A DNA stretch of 64,000 bases from positions 7,238-71,237 of the forward strand of contig JAFVUD010000002.1 in assembly GCA_017502865.1 (NCBI GenBank), read 5' to 3'. Below, in pieces: positions 21,816-34,371 of the stretch; positions within the stretch are counted from its first letter, which is position 1; every line of letters begins with the position of its first letter. The translations under genes and the position numbers were made by a program. Origin of the DNA: Alphaproteobacteria bacterium. GTDB lineage: Bacteria; Pseudomonadota; Alphaproteobacteria; Rs-D84. The notes beneath the pieces were generated by a model. The model ran no database searches and had not been told where the DNA came from. It saw nothing but the letters and a program-made list of their open reading frames with translations.

Positions 21816-22448
21816 CTAAATTGCAAGGATTTTCAGCAATTCTTCGGCGGCAGCCAGGCTGGCCATTTTTTTAGATGTGCCGGTGCCGGTTGCAGATTTG
21901 CCCAGTGCACTGACACGAACATTGAATATTGGGCAATGTGATGCACCCGTTGACGACAGGTATTCATAGACCGGTAATTCGCCCGATGCAGATTTTTGCA
22001 CCAATTCTTGTAATGCGGTTTTGGCATCTTTTGGTGCGGTCTGGGCCGACAATGCCAAATCACGCCACAGTTCCATTATCACAGCACGGGCGGATTCAAA
22101 CCCACCGTCGATAAAGATGGCACCAAATACAGCCTCCATCGCATCGGCCATTACGTGACGAATTCGACCGCCAGTCATGTGCCCATGGCGAATACGTTTT
22201 GCCAGCCCCAAATTTTCTGCAACAGATGCCAGTGTTTCTGTTGAAACCAGTACGGCATGACGACGTGCCAGGTCACCTTCGGGTTCGGTGGGAAACATTG
22301 TGTACAACATTTCTGCAACCGTCAGCCCCAGCACACGATCACCAATGAATTCCAACCGTTCATTATTATGTGTGGCATCGGCACCACTTTGTGTCAATGC
22401 CAATTCCAACAGTTCTGTGTTATTAAATTTGTAATTTAATTTTTCCAT
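21816..22448 (-). CDS. rnc: Ribonuclease III
   Basis: NERLEFIGDRVLGL, ADAMEAVFGAIFIDGG, dsRBD DAKTALQE. Confidence 0.97.
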   Translation of the reverse strand: MEKLNYKFNNTELLELALTQSGADATHNNERLEFIGDRVLGLTVAEMLYTMFPTEPEGDLARRHAVLVSTETLASVAENLGLAKRIRHGHMTGGRIRHVMADAMEAVFGAIFIDGGFESARAVIMELWRDLALSAQTAPKDAKTALQELVQKSASGELPVYEYLSSTGASHCPIFNVRVSALGKSATGTGTSKKMASLAAAEELLKILAI

Positions 22449-22449
22449 T

Positions 22450-23394
22450 TTATTTTACATCCATTCCAAATCTGTCCCAGCGCATTTTACGCCCCCAATT
22501 CCACAATGCCAGCATTGAAGAATAATAGTTATGTGAATACCATGTGAACCAAACACGGCCCAACAAATTATCACGGGAAACATCACGACTGAAAAAACGG
22601 CTGTCACGACTGTTGTCACGGTTGTCACCCATAAAGAAGTATGAATTTTCAGGCACGACATAGGCATCTGTGTTATCAGAATAATATTCATTGTCCGACG
22701 TTTCGATGATGCTGTGGGTGACACCGTTTGGTAAAACCTCGGTATATTCGGTCATTACAAAAATCCCGCATGGTATTTCCGATGGTTTCCAACCGCCGGT
22801 TCCCAATGGCAACCCGGCATGGTCGGTATTGTTTATCAAATATTTATATTCGTTTGTGCATTGGTCTGTGTATTGAATTGTGTAATTGAATTCGGCCGGT
22901 TTGTTATCAACATAGATTTTATTGCCGTCGATTTCAAAGTTGCCATTCTGGTAATGGCCACGTTTTGGTTCTTTGGGTAAAACCGCCCAAACGTATGGAC
23001 GTGGGTCACGACGTTCAACCATTGTGTCATTTATATACAGGCGACCACCAATAACCTGGATTTTGTCGCCAGGTTTCCCAATCAGGCGTTTTACGTAATC
23101 CTGGGATTCATCTTCGGGATTGCGAAAAACAACCACATCGCCAACATTGGGTTCAGTTGCCCAAAAACGACCATTCCACAATTTCCACGAACCAAACGGA
23201 AATGAATAACGGGAATAACCATATGACCATTTAGTCACAAAAATATGATCCCCAACGTGTAATGTTGGTATCATAGACCCAGACGGGATATTAAATGGCT
23301 CTAATAAAAAACTGCGAAATATGATGGCAATCAGTGCACCATAAAATATTGTATTAAACCATTCACGTGCGACATTTTTATTTTTTGCTGGCAT
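22450..23394 (-). CDS. lepB: Signal peptidase I
   Basis: IPSGSMIPTL, DYVKRLIG.PGD, FMGDNRDNSRDSR. Confidence 0.96.
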   Translation of the reverse strand: MPAKNKNVAREWFNTIFYGALIAIIFRSFLLEPFNIPSGSMIPTLHVGDHIFVTKWSYGYSRYSFPFGSWKLWNGRFWATEPNVGDVVVFRNPEDESQDYVKRLIGKPGDKIQVIGGRLYINDTMVERRDPRPYVWAVLPKEPKRGHYQNGNFEIDGNKIYVDNKPAEFNYTIQYTDQCTNEYKYLINNTDHAGLPLGTGGWKPSEIPCGIFVMTEYTEVLPNGVTHSIIETSDNEYYSDNTDAYVVPENSYFFMGDNRDNSRDSRFFSRDVSRDNLLGRVWFTWYSHNYYSSMLALWNWGRKMRWDRFGMDVK

Positions 23395-23464
23395 TTACTA
23401 TCCTTTCTTAAACGTGGGTATTTTAGAACTTGAATTGATTTAGTGCAAGTTCTAATATGCAAAT

Positions 23465-24991
23465 ATGATATCACTGAATTCAATTATTTTTAATGGAATG
23501 GACGCAACACAGATTGATGTCCAGGTACAGTTAGCAACAGGGTTTTCAAAACCTGAATTTAATATCATTGGATTGGCCGATCGTGCGGTCAAAGAATCTG
23601 CGGAACGCATTCGAAATGTTTTAAGTGCATTGAACCTGTCGTTGCCGCCAAAGCGGTTGACGGTTAATCTGTCGCCGGCAGACGTTGAAAAAAGTGGCTC
23701 GCATTTCGACCTGCCTATTCTGTGTGGAATTTTGTGTGCGATTGGGGTGTTGCCGGAAAATGAATTATCTAAATATGTAATTCTGGGCGAAGTGGGATTG
23801 AATGGTGCAATCGTACGAACAGATGCAGTTTTGCCGGCCAGTGTTTGGGCAAACAACAACGGTATGGGGATTATATGTCCTGCCACCCAAGGGGCCGAGG
23901 CACGATGGGCCGGACATACAAACATACTGGCACCGGGGCATGTTATGGATTTGATTAATCATTTCAAAGGAATCCAGATTTTGCCATTGCCAACATTGGA
24001 CAATCAAAGCGATGCAGCCCCAGAAAAAACATTAGACATGGCCGAAGTTCACGGTCAAGAAGCCGCAAAACGTGCGTTGGAAATCGCAGCGGCGGGTGGG
24101 CACGCAATGCTGATGGTTGGGCCGCCGGGGTCGGGCAAGACTATGCTGGCATCACGATTGCCGACAATCATGCCAGAAATGACCGCCGAAGAAATTTTGG
24201 AAACATCTATTATCTATTCCATTGGGGGACAACTGGACAATAAATCACTGATGGTCAAACGGCCATTCCGCAGTGTACATCACACGTCCAGTCCAGTCGC
24301 ATTGGCCGGCGGCGGTTCAGATGCACGACCAGGTGAAATATCACTGGCACATAACGGGGTGTTGTTTCTGGACGAATTGCCAGAATTTAATCGGGCAACA
24401 CTGGAAATTCTGCGTCAACCGATGGAAAGCGGCCAGATTTTAATTTCACGTGCAAAACGCAATGCGACGTATCCGGCACGCTTTCAATTAATTGCTGCGA
24501 TGAACCCATGTCCATGCGGGCATTTGGGAAATGCGGCATTGTCTTGTTCCAAGGCACCACGATGCGCCGAAGCGTACCAGAATAAAATTTCGGGACCATT
24601 ACTGGACCGCATAGATTTGCACGTAGATGTCGATGCCGTTAATCCATGGGAAATGAAAAATGACGATAACACACCACGTGAAACCAGTGCTGAAATTCGG
24701 GCACGTGTTGTGGCGGCACGCAATCGACAAATCGCCCGCCAAGGCATGGTGAACGCACGGTTGGACGGGGCAGATTTGGAAAAGCATGCACCGTTAAGTG
24801 ACGAATTAACAACATTCTTGAACACGGCGGCAGAAAAGATGTCTATGTCGGCACGTGGGTACAACCGAATTAAACGTTTGGCACGAACAATCGCCGATTT
24901 ACGTGGGGCTGAAAATATCGAAATGACCGATTTAGCCGAGGCTTTGTCATATCGCCCAATCAATCGGGGAAAGTACGGTGTGAAAATCTGA
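23465..24991 (+). CDS. comM: ComM/YifB Mg-chelatase-like AAA+ helicase
   Basis: VNLSPAD..KSGSHFDLPI, GPPGSGKT, PGEISLAHNGVLFLDE, AAMNPCPCG, SGPLLDRID. Confidence 0.94.
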   Translation: MISLNSIIFNGMDATQIDVQVQLATGFSKPEFNIIGLADRAVKESAERIRNVLSALNLSLPPKRLTVNLSPADVEKSGSHFDLPILCGILCAIGVLPENELSKYVILGEVGLNGAIVRTDAVLPASVWANNNGMGIICPATQGAEARWAGHTNILAPGHVMDLINHFKGIQILPLPTLDNQSDAAPEKTLDMAEVHGQEAAKRALEIAAAGGHAMLMVGPPGSGKTMLASRLPTIMPEMTAEEILETSIIYSIGGQLDNKSLMVKRPFRSVHHTSSPVALAGGGSDARPGEISLAHNGVLFLDELPEFNRATLEILRQPMESGQILISRAKRNATYPARFQLIAAMNPCPCGHLGNAALSCSKAPRCAEAYQNKISGPLLDRIDLHVDVDAVNPWEMKNDDNTPRETSAEIRARVVAARNRQIARQGMVNARLDGADLEKHAPLSDELTTFLNTAAEKMSMSARGYNRIKRLARTIADLRGAENIEMTDLAEALSYRPINRGKYGVKI

Positions 24992-25019
24992 ATCCACCCA
25001 AATAAACAGGAGAGATAAT

Positions 25020-26789
25020 TTGGCACGCAGACCAGCAGAAGAAATCGTGAACGAAAAACCGAAACCATCGTGGAAACGGCGGTTGGTGGTGTATATGTTT
25101 AATCTGGTCCTGATTGGATTAGTTGCTGTGGCGGGATATGTTGCGATTATATATTTACAGATGCCGTCATTGGATGCAATCTTGAACGAAACACGACCGG
25201 CGGCGTTGACATTTGTGGACAGGCACGGAAATGAAATTCGGTCATCTGGGCGAATTATGGGGTCGCCGGTTTCGGTTGAAAATCTGCCGCCACATGTATG
25301 GCAATCTATTGTCGCAATCGAAGATAAAAGATTTTTTCAGCACGGACCAATTGACGTTCGTGGAATTACACGGGCGATGATTTCGAACCTGGTCAAAGGA
25401 CGGGTGGCGGCCGGTGGGTCGTCTATTACCCAACAGACAGCGAAAAATATTTTTTTAAGCCGTGAAAAAAAGATTTCGCGCAAGGTTCAAGAACTGATTT
25501 TATCATACTGGCTGGAAAACAGATTTGATAAAAACCAGGTTCTGGATTTATATATGAACCGGGTGTCGCTGGTTGGGGGAATGCGTGGAATTGATGCGGC
25601 GGCACGTGTTATGTTTGGGGTGCCGGCAACAAAACTGACCATTGCCCAGGCAGCACAAATTGCAGCGATGCTGAAAGCACCAACTACATACAGCCCACTG
25701 AAAAATCCAGAAAAAAACATCACACGTGCACGTGTTGTTTTACAAGAAATGGTTCGCCAGGGATACATTACACTGAACCAGGCACGGATAGCCGCCCAAC
25801 AGATGAAACCAGCCCAGCAAATGGCCGATACAAATATGCATAGATACTGGACGGACTTTGTTAGCGACGAAGTAAAATCACGAATTGGAACATTTGAAAC
25901 AGATATGATTGTGCATACCACACTGGACACTAATTTACAGAATCGTATTGCCGCAATTTTACCACAAAAAACGGGTCAATATCAGGGGGCAGTTATCGCC
26001 ATGGAACCCGACGGTGCCATTCGTGCAATGAGTGGCGGCAACGATTACCAAATCAGTCAATTTAATCGTGTGACGGCACCACGTCAACCCGGCAGTGCGT
26101 TTAAACCGGTTGTATATCTGGTGGCATTGGAAAACGATATGATGCCGGACACATATGTAAATGATTCACCATTTGCGATTGGGGATTATAACCCAAAGAA
26201 TTATAACGAACGGTACTATGGCGACATAACATTGGCAACGGCATTTGCAAAAAGTGTGAATTCGGTTCCACTGAAACTGACCGAAACGTATGGGATTGAT
26301 TCTGTGTTGGACATGGCGAACCGATTGGGCGTTGGAACAAAACTGCGGCGTGAATACTCGACAGTTTTGGGGGCATCTGAAATGAGTTTGTTGGATTTGA
26401 CCAATATATACGCCGTGATTTGGAATGATGGGAATTCGGTACGGCCCTATTCTATTACAAAAATAACAGATACAAATGGCAACGTTATTTATGAACGCAA
26501 TCCGTCGGACCCAATCCAAGTTCTGCAACCACAGACGGTCGAATCTATGCAGACATTGTTGGCCAATGTTATTGAAATTGGTGGCACCGGGGGACGTGCA
26601 CGGGCGGAAAATGTTCTGGGGGGGAAAACCGGGACCAGTAATGAAAATCGTGATGCATGGTTTGTTGGTGCAACAGATGATTTAATTATCGGTGTGTGGA
26701 TGGGAAATGATGATTTTACGCCGATGGATTCTAAAATCACAGGTGGAACAATCCCAGCCGAGATATTCAAGGAAATTATTACTAAATAA
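25020..26789 (+). CDS. Class A penicillin-binding protein (PBP1A family)
   Basis: EDKRF, GGSSITQQTAKN, RKVQE, RQPGSAFKP, SVN, KTGT; TTG start with SD. Confidence 0.94.
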   Translation: MARRPAEEIVNEKPKPSWKRRLVVYMFNLVLIGLVAVAGYVAIIYLQMPSLDAILNETRPAALTFVDRHGNEIRSSGRIMGSPVSVENLPPHVWQSIVAIEDKRFFQHGPIDVRGITRAMISNLVKGRVAAGGSSITQQTAKNIFLSREKKISRKVQELILSYWLENRFDKNQVLDLYMNRVSLVGGMRGIDAAARVMFGVPATKLTIAQAAQIAAMLKAPTTYSPLKNPEKNITRARVVLQEMVRQGYITLNQARIAAQQMKPAQQMADTNMHRYWTDFVSDEVKSRIGTFETDMIVHTTLDTNLQNRIAAILPQKTGQYQGAVIAMEPDGAIRAMSGGNDYQISQFNRVTAPRQPGSAFKPVVYLVALENDMMPDTYVNDSPFAIGDYNPKNYNERYYGDITLATAFAKSVNSVPLKLTETYGIDSVLDMANRLGVGTKLRREYSTVLGASEMSLLDLTNIYAVIWNDGNSVRPYSITKITDTNGNVIYERNPSDPIQVLQPQTVESMQTLLANVIEIGGTGGRARAENVLGGKTGTSNENRDAWFVGATDDLIIGVWMGNDDFTPMDSKITGGTIPAEIFKEIITK

Positions 26790-26793
26790 AAAC

Positions 26794-26965
26794 TTGACAA
26801 AAAACAAGTTATTTGTTTATACTGCGACTGCATTTAGCAAAGAACATTTAATTTATTCAACCAAAAGGATTTTCTGATGTATTTGCTGGTTATGTAATAT
26901 TGTCCGTCTGAATTACAAATAATTGCGGTCGAATACGACCAATCGAGAGGGGCAATATATTTAAT
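26794..26965 (+). promoter_or_regulatory. Promoter and leader with uORF MYLLVM (26877-26897)
   Basis: TTGACA-18-TATACT; SD aaagga; atg tat ttg ctg gtt atg taa; atattgtcc/gggcaatat long-range stem with internal ggtcg/cgacc hairpin. Confidence 0.7.
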
Positions 26966-26989
26966 TTCAAACAAAAAAAGGATAATATT

Positions 26990-28804
26990 ATGTTACGCAG
27001 AAACATTGGAAAGTCGAAAGTTTCCAATAAAAAACAAAACGCACAACAACCGGCATTGCCGAAATCGTTGTGGAAATTTTATTTCAAGTATGCTGTTCCA
27101 GGTTCATGGGGGGCATTGATATGCTATGCGGTGGCTTTTTTGGCCGCACGTTCAGGCAGTGTTTTATTCCCGTACTGTGAACGGTGGTTCATTGCTATAT
27201 TTGAACAGCCGGTACCGGCGGGGGTTAACTTTGTACAATTTGCGTTGCCGACAATTTTGTTAATTGTTGGGGTGAATTTATTCCTGTCAATCAGTGCAGT
27301 TCTACGTGGAATGTTTCATGCACGTTGGTCGCCACAGATTAGCAACCGTTCATCAGTTATACTGAACGATTATGTACACAGTCAATCTATGTCGTTCTGG
27401 ACCGGACGCATGGCCGGCCAGGTGAACAGCCAGATTAACTATATCACCAATGGGTTTCATGCGGTTCAAGATTTCTGGCGAATCTTTGCTTCGTTGGCAT
27501 TTATGACGGTCAGTGTCGGTTTGATTTTCCAAATTAACATGTATGTCGCAATAATATTCGCAATCGTTTTTGTGTTGCGTGCAGCATACAGTTGGGCACT
27601 GATTAAACCAATGAGCAAGGCTTCAAAAGATGCCAGCAGTATTTCCAGCAAATTGTCTGGTAAGATTGTGGACAGTATTTCAAACTTTTCCGTGGTGAAA
27701 TTGTTTGCAGGTGCATCACGTGAACGTGAACATTTGGAACCGGTTCGCAACCAACATATTGCGGCACGTGTGTGGTCTTTCTTTGTCCAGCGTTTATTCT
27801 GGGGTGTGCCGTTGGTGGTATGGGATATTTGTTATGGGGCAACATTGTTGTTCTGTGTATATCTGTATATGAATGGTCAGATTACAGTGTCTGAAATCGT
27901 GTTCACGGTGTCTATTTATTTCAGCACGATGAACACCATCAGCAGCATTGTTGATTCAATCCCAGATATGACCGAACGCATCAGTTCTGCATCAAAAGCA
28001 TACGCAGAACTGGTTGTGCCAATTGCGGTTCAAGATGCACCAGATGCCGCCACATTAAATGTCACATGCGGGGAAATTGAATTCCGCAACGTTTCGTTCA
28101 AATATAAACGCAAGTGGGTTTTGCAGAATTTTAACCTGAAAATCAAGTGCGGGGAACGTGTCGGGTTGGTTGGTGCGTCGGGTGCCGGTAAAACGACACT
28201 GGTAAATCTGCTGATGCGTTTCTATGAACCGAACAAAGGACAAATTTTGATTGATGGCCAAGATATCAAAACCATTACCCAGGATTCTTTGCGTGAAAAT
28301 ATCGCATTTATCCCCCAAGACCCAACAATGTTTAACCGCACGTTGCGTGAAAACATTGCATACGGTAAACCGGGGGCATCAGACAAAGAAATTCGGGCGG
28401 CAGCAAAACGTGCAGCGGCCGATGAATTTATCATGGGCACGGATAAAAAGTATGATTCTATGGTTGGGGATCGTGGTATTAAGTTGTCTGGCGGGCAACG
28501 TCAACGTGTGGCGATTGCACGGGCGTTCTTGAAAAATGCACCGATATTGGTTCTGGACGAAGCAACATCGGCATTGGACAGCGAAACCGAGGTTGCAATT
28601 CAAAAATCGTTCGACGAATTGGCCAATGGACGTACCACAATCGCCATCGCACACAGATTATCTACGTTGCGAAACATGAACAAAATTGTCGTGATGAAAG
28701 ACGGGCATATTATCGAACAGGGATCGCATAACAGCCTGATAAAAAAGCGGGGTGAATATGCACGACTGTGGAAAATGCAGTCGGGTGGTTTCCTGCAAGA
28801 ATAA
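26990..28804 (+). CDS. ABC exporter (fused TMD-NBD, multidrug type)
   Basis: 6 TM region, GASGAGKT, LSGGQRQR, LVLDEATSALD, IAHRLST. Confidence 0.93.
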   Translation: MLRRNIGKSKVSNKKQNAQQPALPKSLWKFYFKYAVPGSWGALICYAVAFLAARSGSVLFPYCERWFIAIFEQPVPAGVNFVQFALPTILLIVGVNLFLSISAVLRGMFHARWSPQISNRSSVILNDYVHSQSMSFWTGRMAGQVNSQINYITNGFHAVQDFWRIFASLAFMTVSVGLIFQINMYVAIIFAIVFVLRAAYSWALIKPMSKASKDASSISSKLSGKIVDSISNFSVVKLFAGASREREHLEPVRNQHIAARVWSFFVQRLFWGVPLVVWDICYGATLLFCVYLYMNGQITVSEIVFTVSIYFSTMNTISSIVDSIPDMTERISSASKAYAELVVPIAVQDAPDAATLNVTCGEIEFRNVSFKYKRKWVLQNFNLKIKCGERVGLVGASGAGKTTLVNLLMRFYEPNKGQILIDGQDIKTITQDSLRENIAFIPQDPTMFNRTLRENIAYGKPGASDKEIRAAAKRAAADEFIMGTDKKYDSMVGDRGIKLSGGQRQRVAIARAFLKNAPILVLDEATSALDSETEVAIQKSFDELANGRTTIAIAHRLSTLRNMNKIVVMKDGHIIEQGSHNSLIKKRGEYARLWKMQSGGFLQE

Positions 28805-28856
28805 AATCTGTAAATTCTGTTTTTATCTGATTTAATTTTGTGATATAATAATGGGC

Positions 28857-29831
28857 ATGAGAAAGAGAATATTTACAATCATGCCCATTTTGTCTTGCCT
28901 GATGACCGTGCCGGCCATGGCAAATTGGCAATATGGCAGCGAAATGGTCAACAGTGGCTGGTACCAAGATGACGGAACACGTTTTGTAATTTCTGGACGT
29001 GGGGGTGCTTCGTTCGGTATGGCCAGCATTCAAAATAAAGTTGGGGCACTGGTGAACGAATACTATATCGAACCAGAAACCAATATTGTTATCACAGCCA
29101 GTTATTATGATGCCTGTGTCAAAGAAGGCGGATGTGGTTCATTCGTTTATGCAGGTATGGCGGCGTTGGAAAATCTGCCGGCCAAAGATGATTTTGGGTC
29201 TTTTGCATTTGCGGCGGGTGCCAGTATCGGGTGGACAATGCCAAATCGCCCACAATGGCGTATCGAAGTTGGCTGGGACCATATTTCAGAAAGTGAATAT
29301 AACGCATCACCATTGTTCGAAGGTAATTTGCCATTGACCGAAGGCAATGCAGAAGGTGAAATATTTGTTCAAAGTGGTGCGGTTCAATCAACAGTCACAA
29401 CAGATATCATCAGTGCGATGGCATTCTATGATTTCTTTGAAGGTTTGGAAAAGCCATTGAACCAGTGGATTCCGTATGTTGGATTGGGGCTGGGGTATGC
29501 AGATTCTAAGACCGTTATGGATTTGTCAGACCCATATGGTGATTTATCGACATCGGTTGATTTGCAGAACTTTGGCGAAACCGATGATTATGGTGTAATT
29601 CAATTTAACCGTTCAACACACAACACATCTAATATTGCGGCGGTGGCGGCGGTGGGTGTTTCATACGGCATAGGCGAAGGCATGTTCTTGGACCTGGGGG
29701 CACGTGTGGCATATATTCCAAAGATTAAGTGGGTATTACAAAATGCCGACGATACACGTGAACGTGATTGGTTCAATGCAGAAAATATGATTTATGCGAA
29801 CCTGATGCTGGGTGTGCGATTTGAATTCTAA
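28857..29831 (+). CDS. Outer-membrane beta-barrel protein (opacity/OmpA-TM-like)
   Basis: Signal peptide AMA, WRIEVGW, PYVGLGLG, LDLGARV, C-terminal GVRFEF. Confidence 0.8.
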   Translation: MRKRIFTIMPILSCLMTVPAMANWQYGSEMVNSGWYQDDGTRFVISGRGGASFGMASIQNKVGALVNEYYIEPETNIVITASYYDACVKEGGCGSFVYAGMAALENLPAKDDFGSFAFAAGASIGWTMPNRPQWRIEVGWDHISESEYNASPLFEGNLPLTEGNAEGEIFVQSGAVQSTVTTDIISAMAFYDFFEGLEKPLNQWIPYVGLGLGYADSKTVMDLSDPYGDLSTSVDLQNFGETDDYGVIQFNRSTHNTSNIAAVAAVGVSYGIGEGMFLDLGARVAYIPKIKWVLQNADDTRERDWFNAENMIYANLMLGVRFEF

Positions 29832-29856
29832 AAAAATCCCCGTTTTGGGGATTTTT

Positions 29857-31923
<2,067 letters not shown>

Positions 31924-32067
31924 TTACATTTATGATTTTTTTACTATAATTATTGTGTGGTGTGGTGATTCCACAAAAAACAAATTTTCCAATTTTATCG
32001 GTAATGACGGACAACTGCGATTTGCGGATTTGTTCGGCGTTCGAATAAAAAAGCAAAGGAGTGAAAA

Positions 32068-32616
32068 GTGAGTGACAAAATATTTAACGCATTGAAATTT
32101 GCAACAAATGCACACACGGGACAATATCGAAAAAGCACCCAGATTCCATACATTGTGCACCCGGTTGCGGTTATGCAGGAACTGATTCAAAATGGTGCCA
32201 GCGAAGATGCGATTGTGGCTGGAATTCTGCATGACACATTAGAAGACACACCAACAACCCCAGATGATTTGAGGGCGGCGTTTGGTGAACGCATCACACA
32301 ACTGGTTATGGGGGCATCTGAACCAGATAAAACCCAAACATGGGAAGAAAGAAAGCGGCATACAATTGCAGAATTATCACAGTGCAATGACACAGAACAA
32401 TTGATGATTATTTGTGCAGATAAATTAAGCAATATTTCCAGCATCTGGGCGGACTGGGTAAAATATGGTGATGCAATTTGGGGCCGTTTTAACCGTGGGG
32501 TGGAACAGCAAAAATGGTACTATTGCAGTTTGGCAAAAATCTTTGCACAACACACAGATAAATCGCCACTGTTTGAAAAATATATCAAAATGGCTCAGCA
32601 GGTTTTTCCAAACTGA
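32068..32616 (+). CDS. HD-domain Mesh1-like (small alarmone hydrolase) protein
   Basis: AHTGQYRK..IPYIVHP, AGILHDTLEDT, ADKLSN. Confidence 0.88.
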   Translation: MSDKIFNALKFATNAHTGQYRKSTQIPYIVHPVAVMQELIQNGASEDAIVAGILHDTLEDTPTTPDDLRAAFGERITQLVMGASEPDKTQTWEERKRHTIAELSQCNDTEQLMIICADKLSNISSIWADWVKYGDAIWGRFNRGVEQQKWYYCSLAKIFAQHTDKSPLFEKYIKMAQQVFPN

Positions 32617-32618
32617 TA

Positions 32619-32651
32619 AAAATGGCGACTGAAATTTCCAGTCGCCATATC
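32619..32651. terminator. Terminator between convergent genes
   Basis: atggcgactg-aaatttc-cagtcgccat. Confidence 0.7.
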
Positions 32652-32652
32652 T

Positions 32653-33582
32653 TTATTTACCAATCACCAGATATACCAGATATGCAATATAAATCAGTAC
32701 GAACAAAATCCCAGATTTGTACCCCATGCGACCATGGCGGACGGTGCACAACCACAGCAGCGCAACCGCTAATATCGCCATAATGCCATCGAATAAAAAT
32801 GCAGGATTAAATGGTATTGGCAAAATCACACCAGCAATCCCCAGCACGAACAGAATATTAAAGATATTAGACCCCACGATATTACCAATGGCAATATCTG
32901 ATTCACCGTGACGGGCGGCGATTACACTGGTCACTAATTCAGGCAGACTGGTCCCCAGGGCGATGATAGTTAAACCAATTACACGTTCAGACACACCGAT
33001 ATAGCGTGCAATATCACATGCAGCAGATACTGTTATATTACTGCCCAGGACCAGTGCGACCAGGCCCAAGACTATGCACAATATGATTTTTACAGCAGAC
33101 ATATGTTTAATGTTTGATGTGTCACATTCTGTGTTGCGTGATATTGCAAACAGATAGCCCAAGAACGCAACAAACAACCCCAACAATACAAACGCACTGG
33201 CACGTGAAATAACACCAAAACTGGCCCCCAACCAGCACAGCAGGATTGTTATAATTCCCACAAACGGAATTTCATAGCGAATGGTATTTTTCTGGACAGT
33301 CAATGTGGTAAATATTGCAGTCAGCCCCAGAATCAAAAATATATTTGCGATATTGGATCCAACAACATTACCAATTGCAATTGCGTTTGAACCATGCAGG
33401 GCCGATGAAATACTGACGGCGGCTTCGGGGGCACTGGTCCCCATGGCAACAACGGTTAATCCAATAATAATTGGTGGGATACACATGCGGTTCGCCAATG
33501 CAGATGCACCATCAACAAAATAGTCTGCACCACGTATTAATAAAACAAACCCCAGGATTAATAAAACCAGATTTAACAGCAT
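32653..33582 (-). CDS. Calcium/sodium antiporter (YrbG family)
   Basis: Two alpha repeats GTSAPE..GNVVGSNIAN and GTSLPE..GNIVGSNIFN. Confidence 0.93.
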   Translation of the reverse strand: MLLNLVLLILGFVLLIRGADYFVDGASALANRMCIPPIIIGLTVVAMGTSAPEAAVSISSALHGSNAIAIGNVVGSNIANIFLILGLTAIFTTLTVQKNTIRYEIPFVGIITILLCWLGASFGVISRASAFVLLGLFVAFLGYLFAISRNTECDTSNIKHMSAVKIILCIVLGLVALVLGSNITVSAACDIARYIGVSERVIGLTIIALGTSLPELVTSVIAARHGESDIAIGNIVGSNIFNILFVLGIAGVILPIPFNPAFLFDGIMAILAVALLWLCTVRHGRMGYKSGILFVLIYIAYLVYLVIGK

Positions 33583-33693
33583 CTTTCCCCCTTTTGATTC
33601 ATACGTGATGGGAATCATAGCATATGAAAAACATTCTTGGCAAGGGGGGCTTTTTATTTTGACAACACATGCACATCGGTTCATAATTTACCT

Positions 33694-34371
33694 ATGAACG
33701 TTGCGTTTGATGCACATTGCCATTTTTATGAATCTGACCTGCCCCAGGGGGTGGGTGGCGTGATTACCAATGCTGCACAGTACACAGACTGGGCCAAGGT
33801 TATAAACGTTGCAGATTCGTGCGGTGGAATATATGGTGCAATTGGAATTCACCCATGGTATGTTCAAGATATTCCAGATAATTGGGGGCAATTATTAGAA
33901 TCACATTTAATCAACAACCCAGATTTAATGGTTGGGGAAATTGGTCTGGACAAAAACCGTCCAGATACAGAAAAGCAAATTGCCATATTTATTCAACAAA
34001 TGCACATTGCGAACAAAACAAAACGTGGTGTTCATGTGCACTGTGTGGGAATGTGGCCAACAATGCGGCAAATTTTGACGGAACATGATTTTTCATCTGT
34101 TCCATTTATTTTGTTCCACAGATATTCGGGGGCATCGGGTGATATTGCGTGGCTGATAAAAAAATGCAATGCGTACTTTTCATATCGTGCGATTGACAGT
34201 ACAGGTAAAATTCGGGCGATACCGGTGGACAGGTTGCTGGTCGAAAGTGATTCAAGTTCCCCAGAACAATGCACAGAATGGACAGCCGGCATGGCCCAGG
34301 CGTGCGGTGTGCCCCCAGATACTTTTATAAACAATGCAAAACGGATGATAAAAAATGGACAGATTATTTAG
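33694..34371 (+). CDS. TatD family hydrolase
   Basis: DAHCH, GIHPW, GEIGLD, LLVESD. Confidence 0.88.
   Translation: MNVAFDAHCHFYESDLPQGVGGVITNAAQYTDWAKVINVADSCGGIYGAIGIHPWYVQDIPDNWGQLLESHLINNPDLMVGEIGLDKNRPDTEKQIAIFIQQMHIANKTKRGVHVHCVGMWPTMRQILTEHDFSSVPFILFHRYSGASGDIAWLIKKCNAYFSYRAIDSTGKIRAIPVDRLLVESDSSSPEQCTEWTAGMAQACGVPPDTFINNAKRMIKNGQII

Noticed and set aside
22700-23000. Insertion in LepB as an intein or mobile insert
   Set aside because: No intein terminal motifs; it lies in the variable domain II of signal peptidase I.
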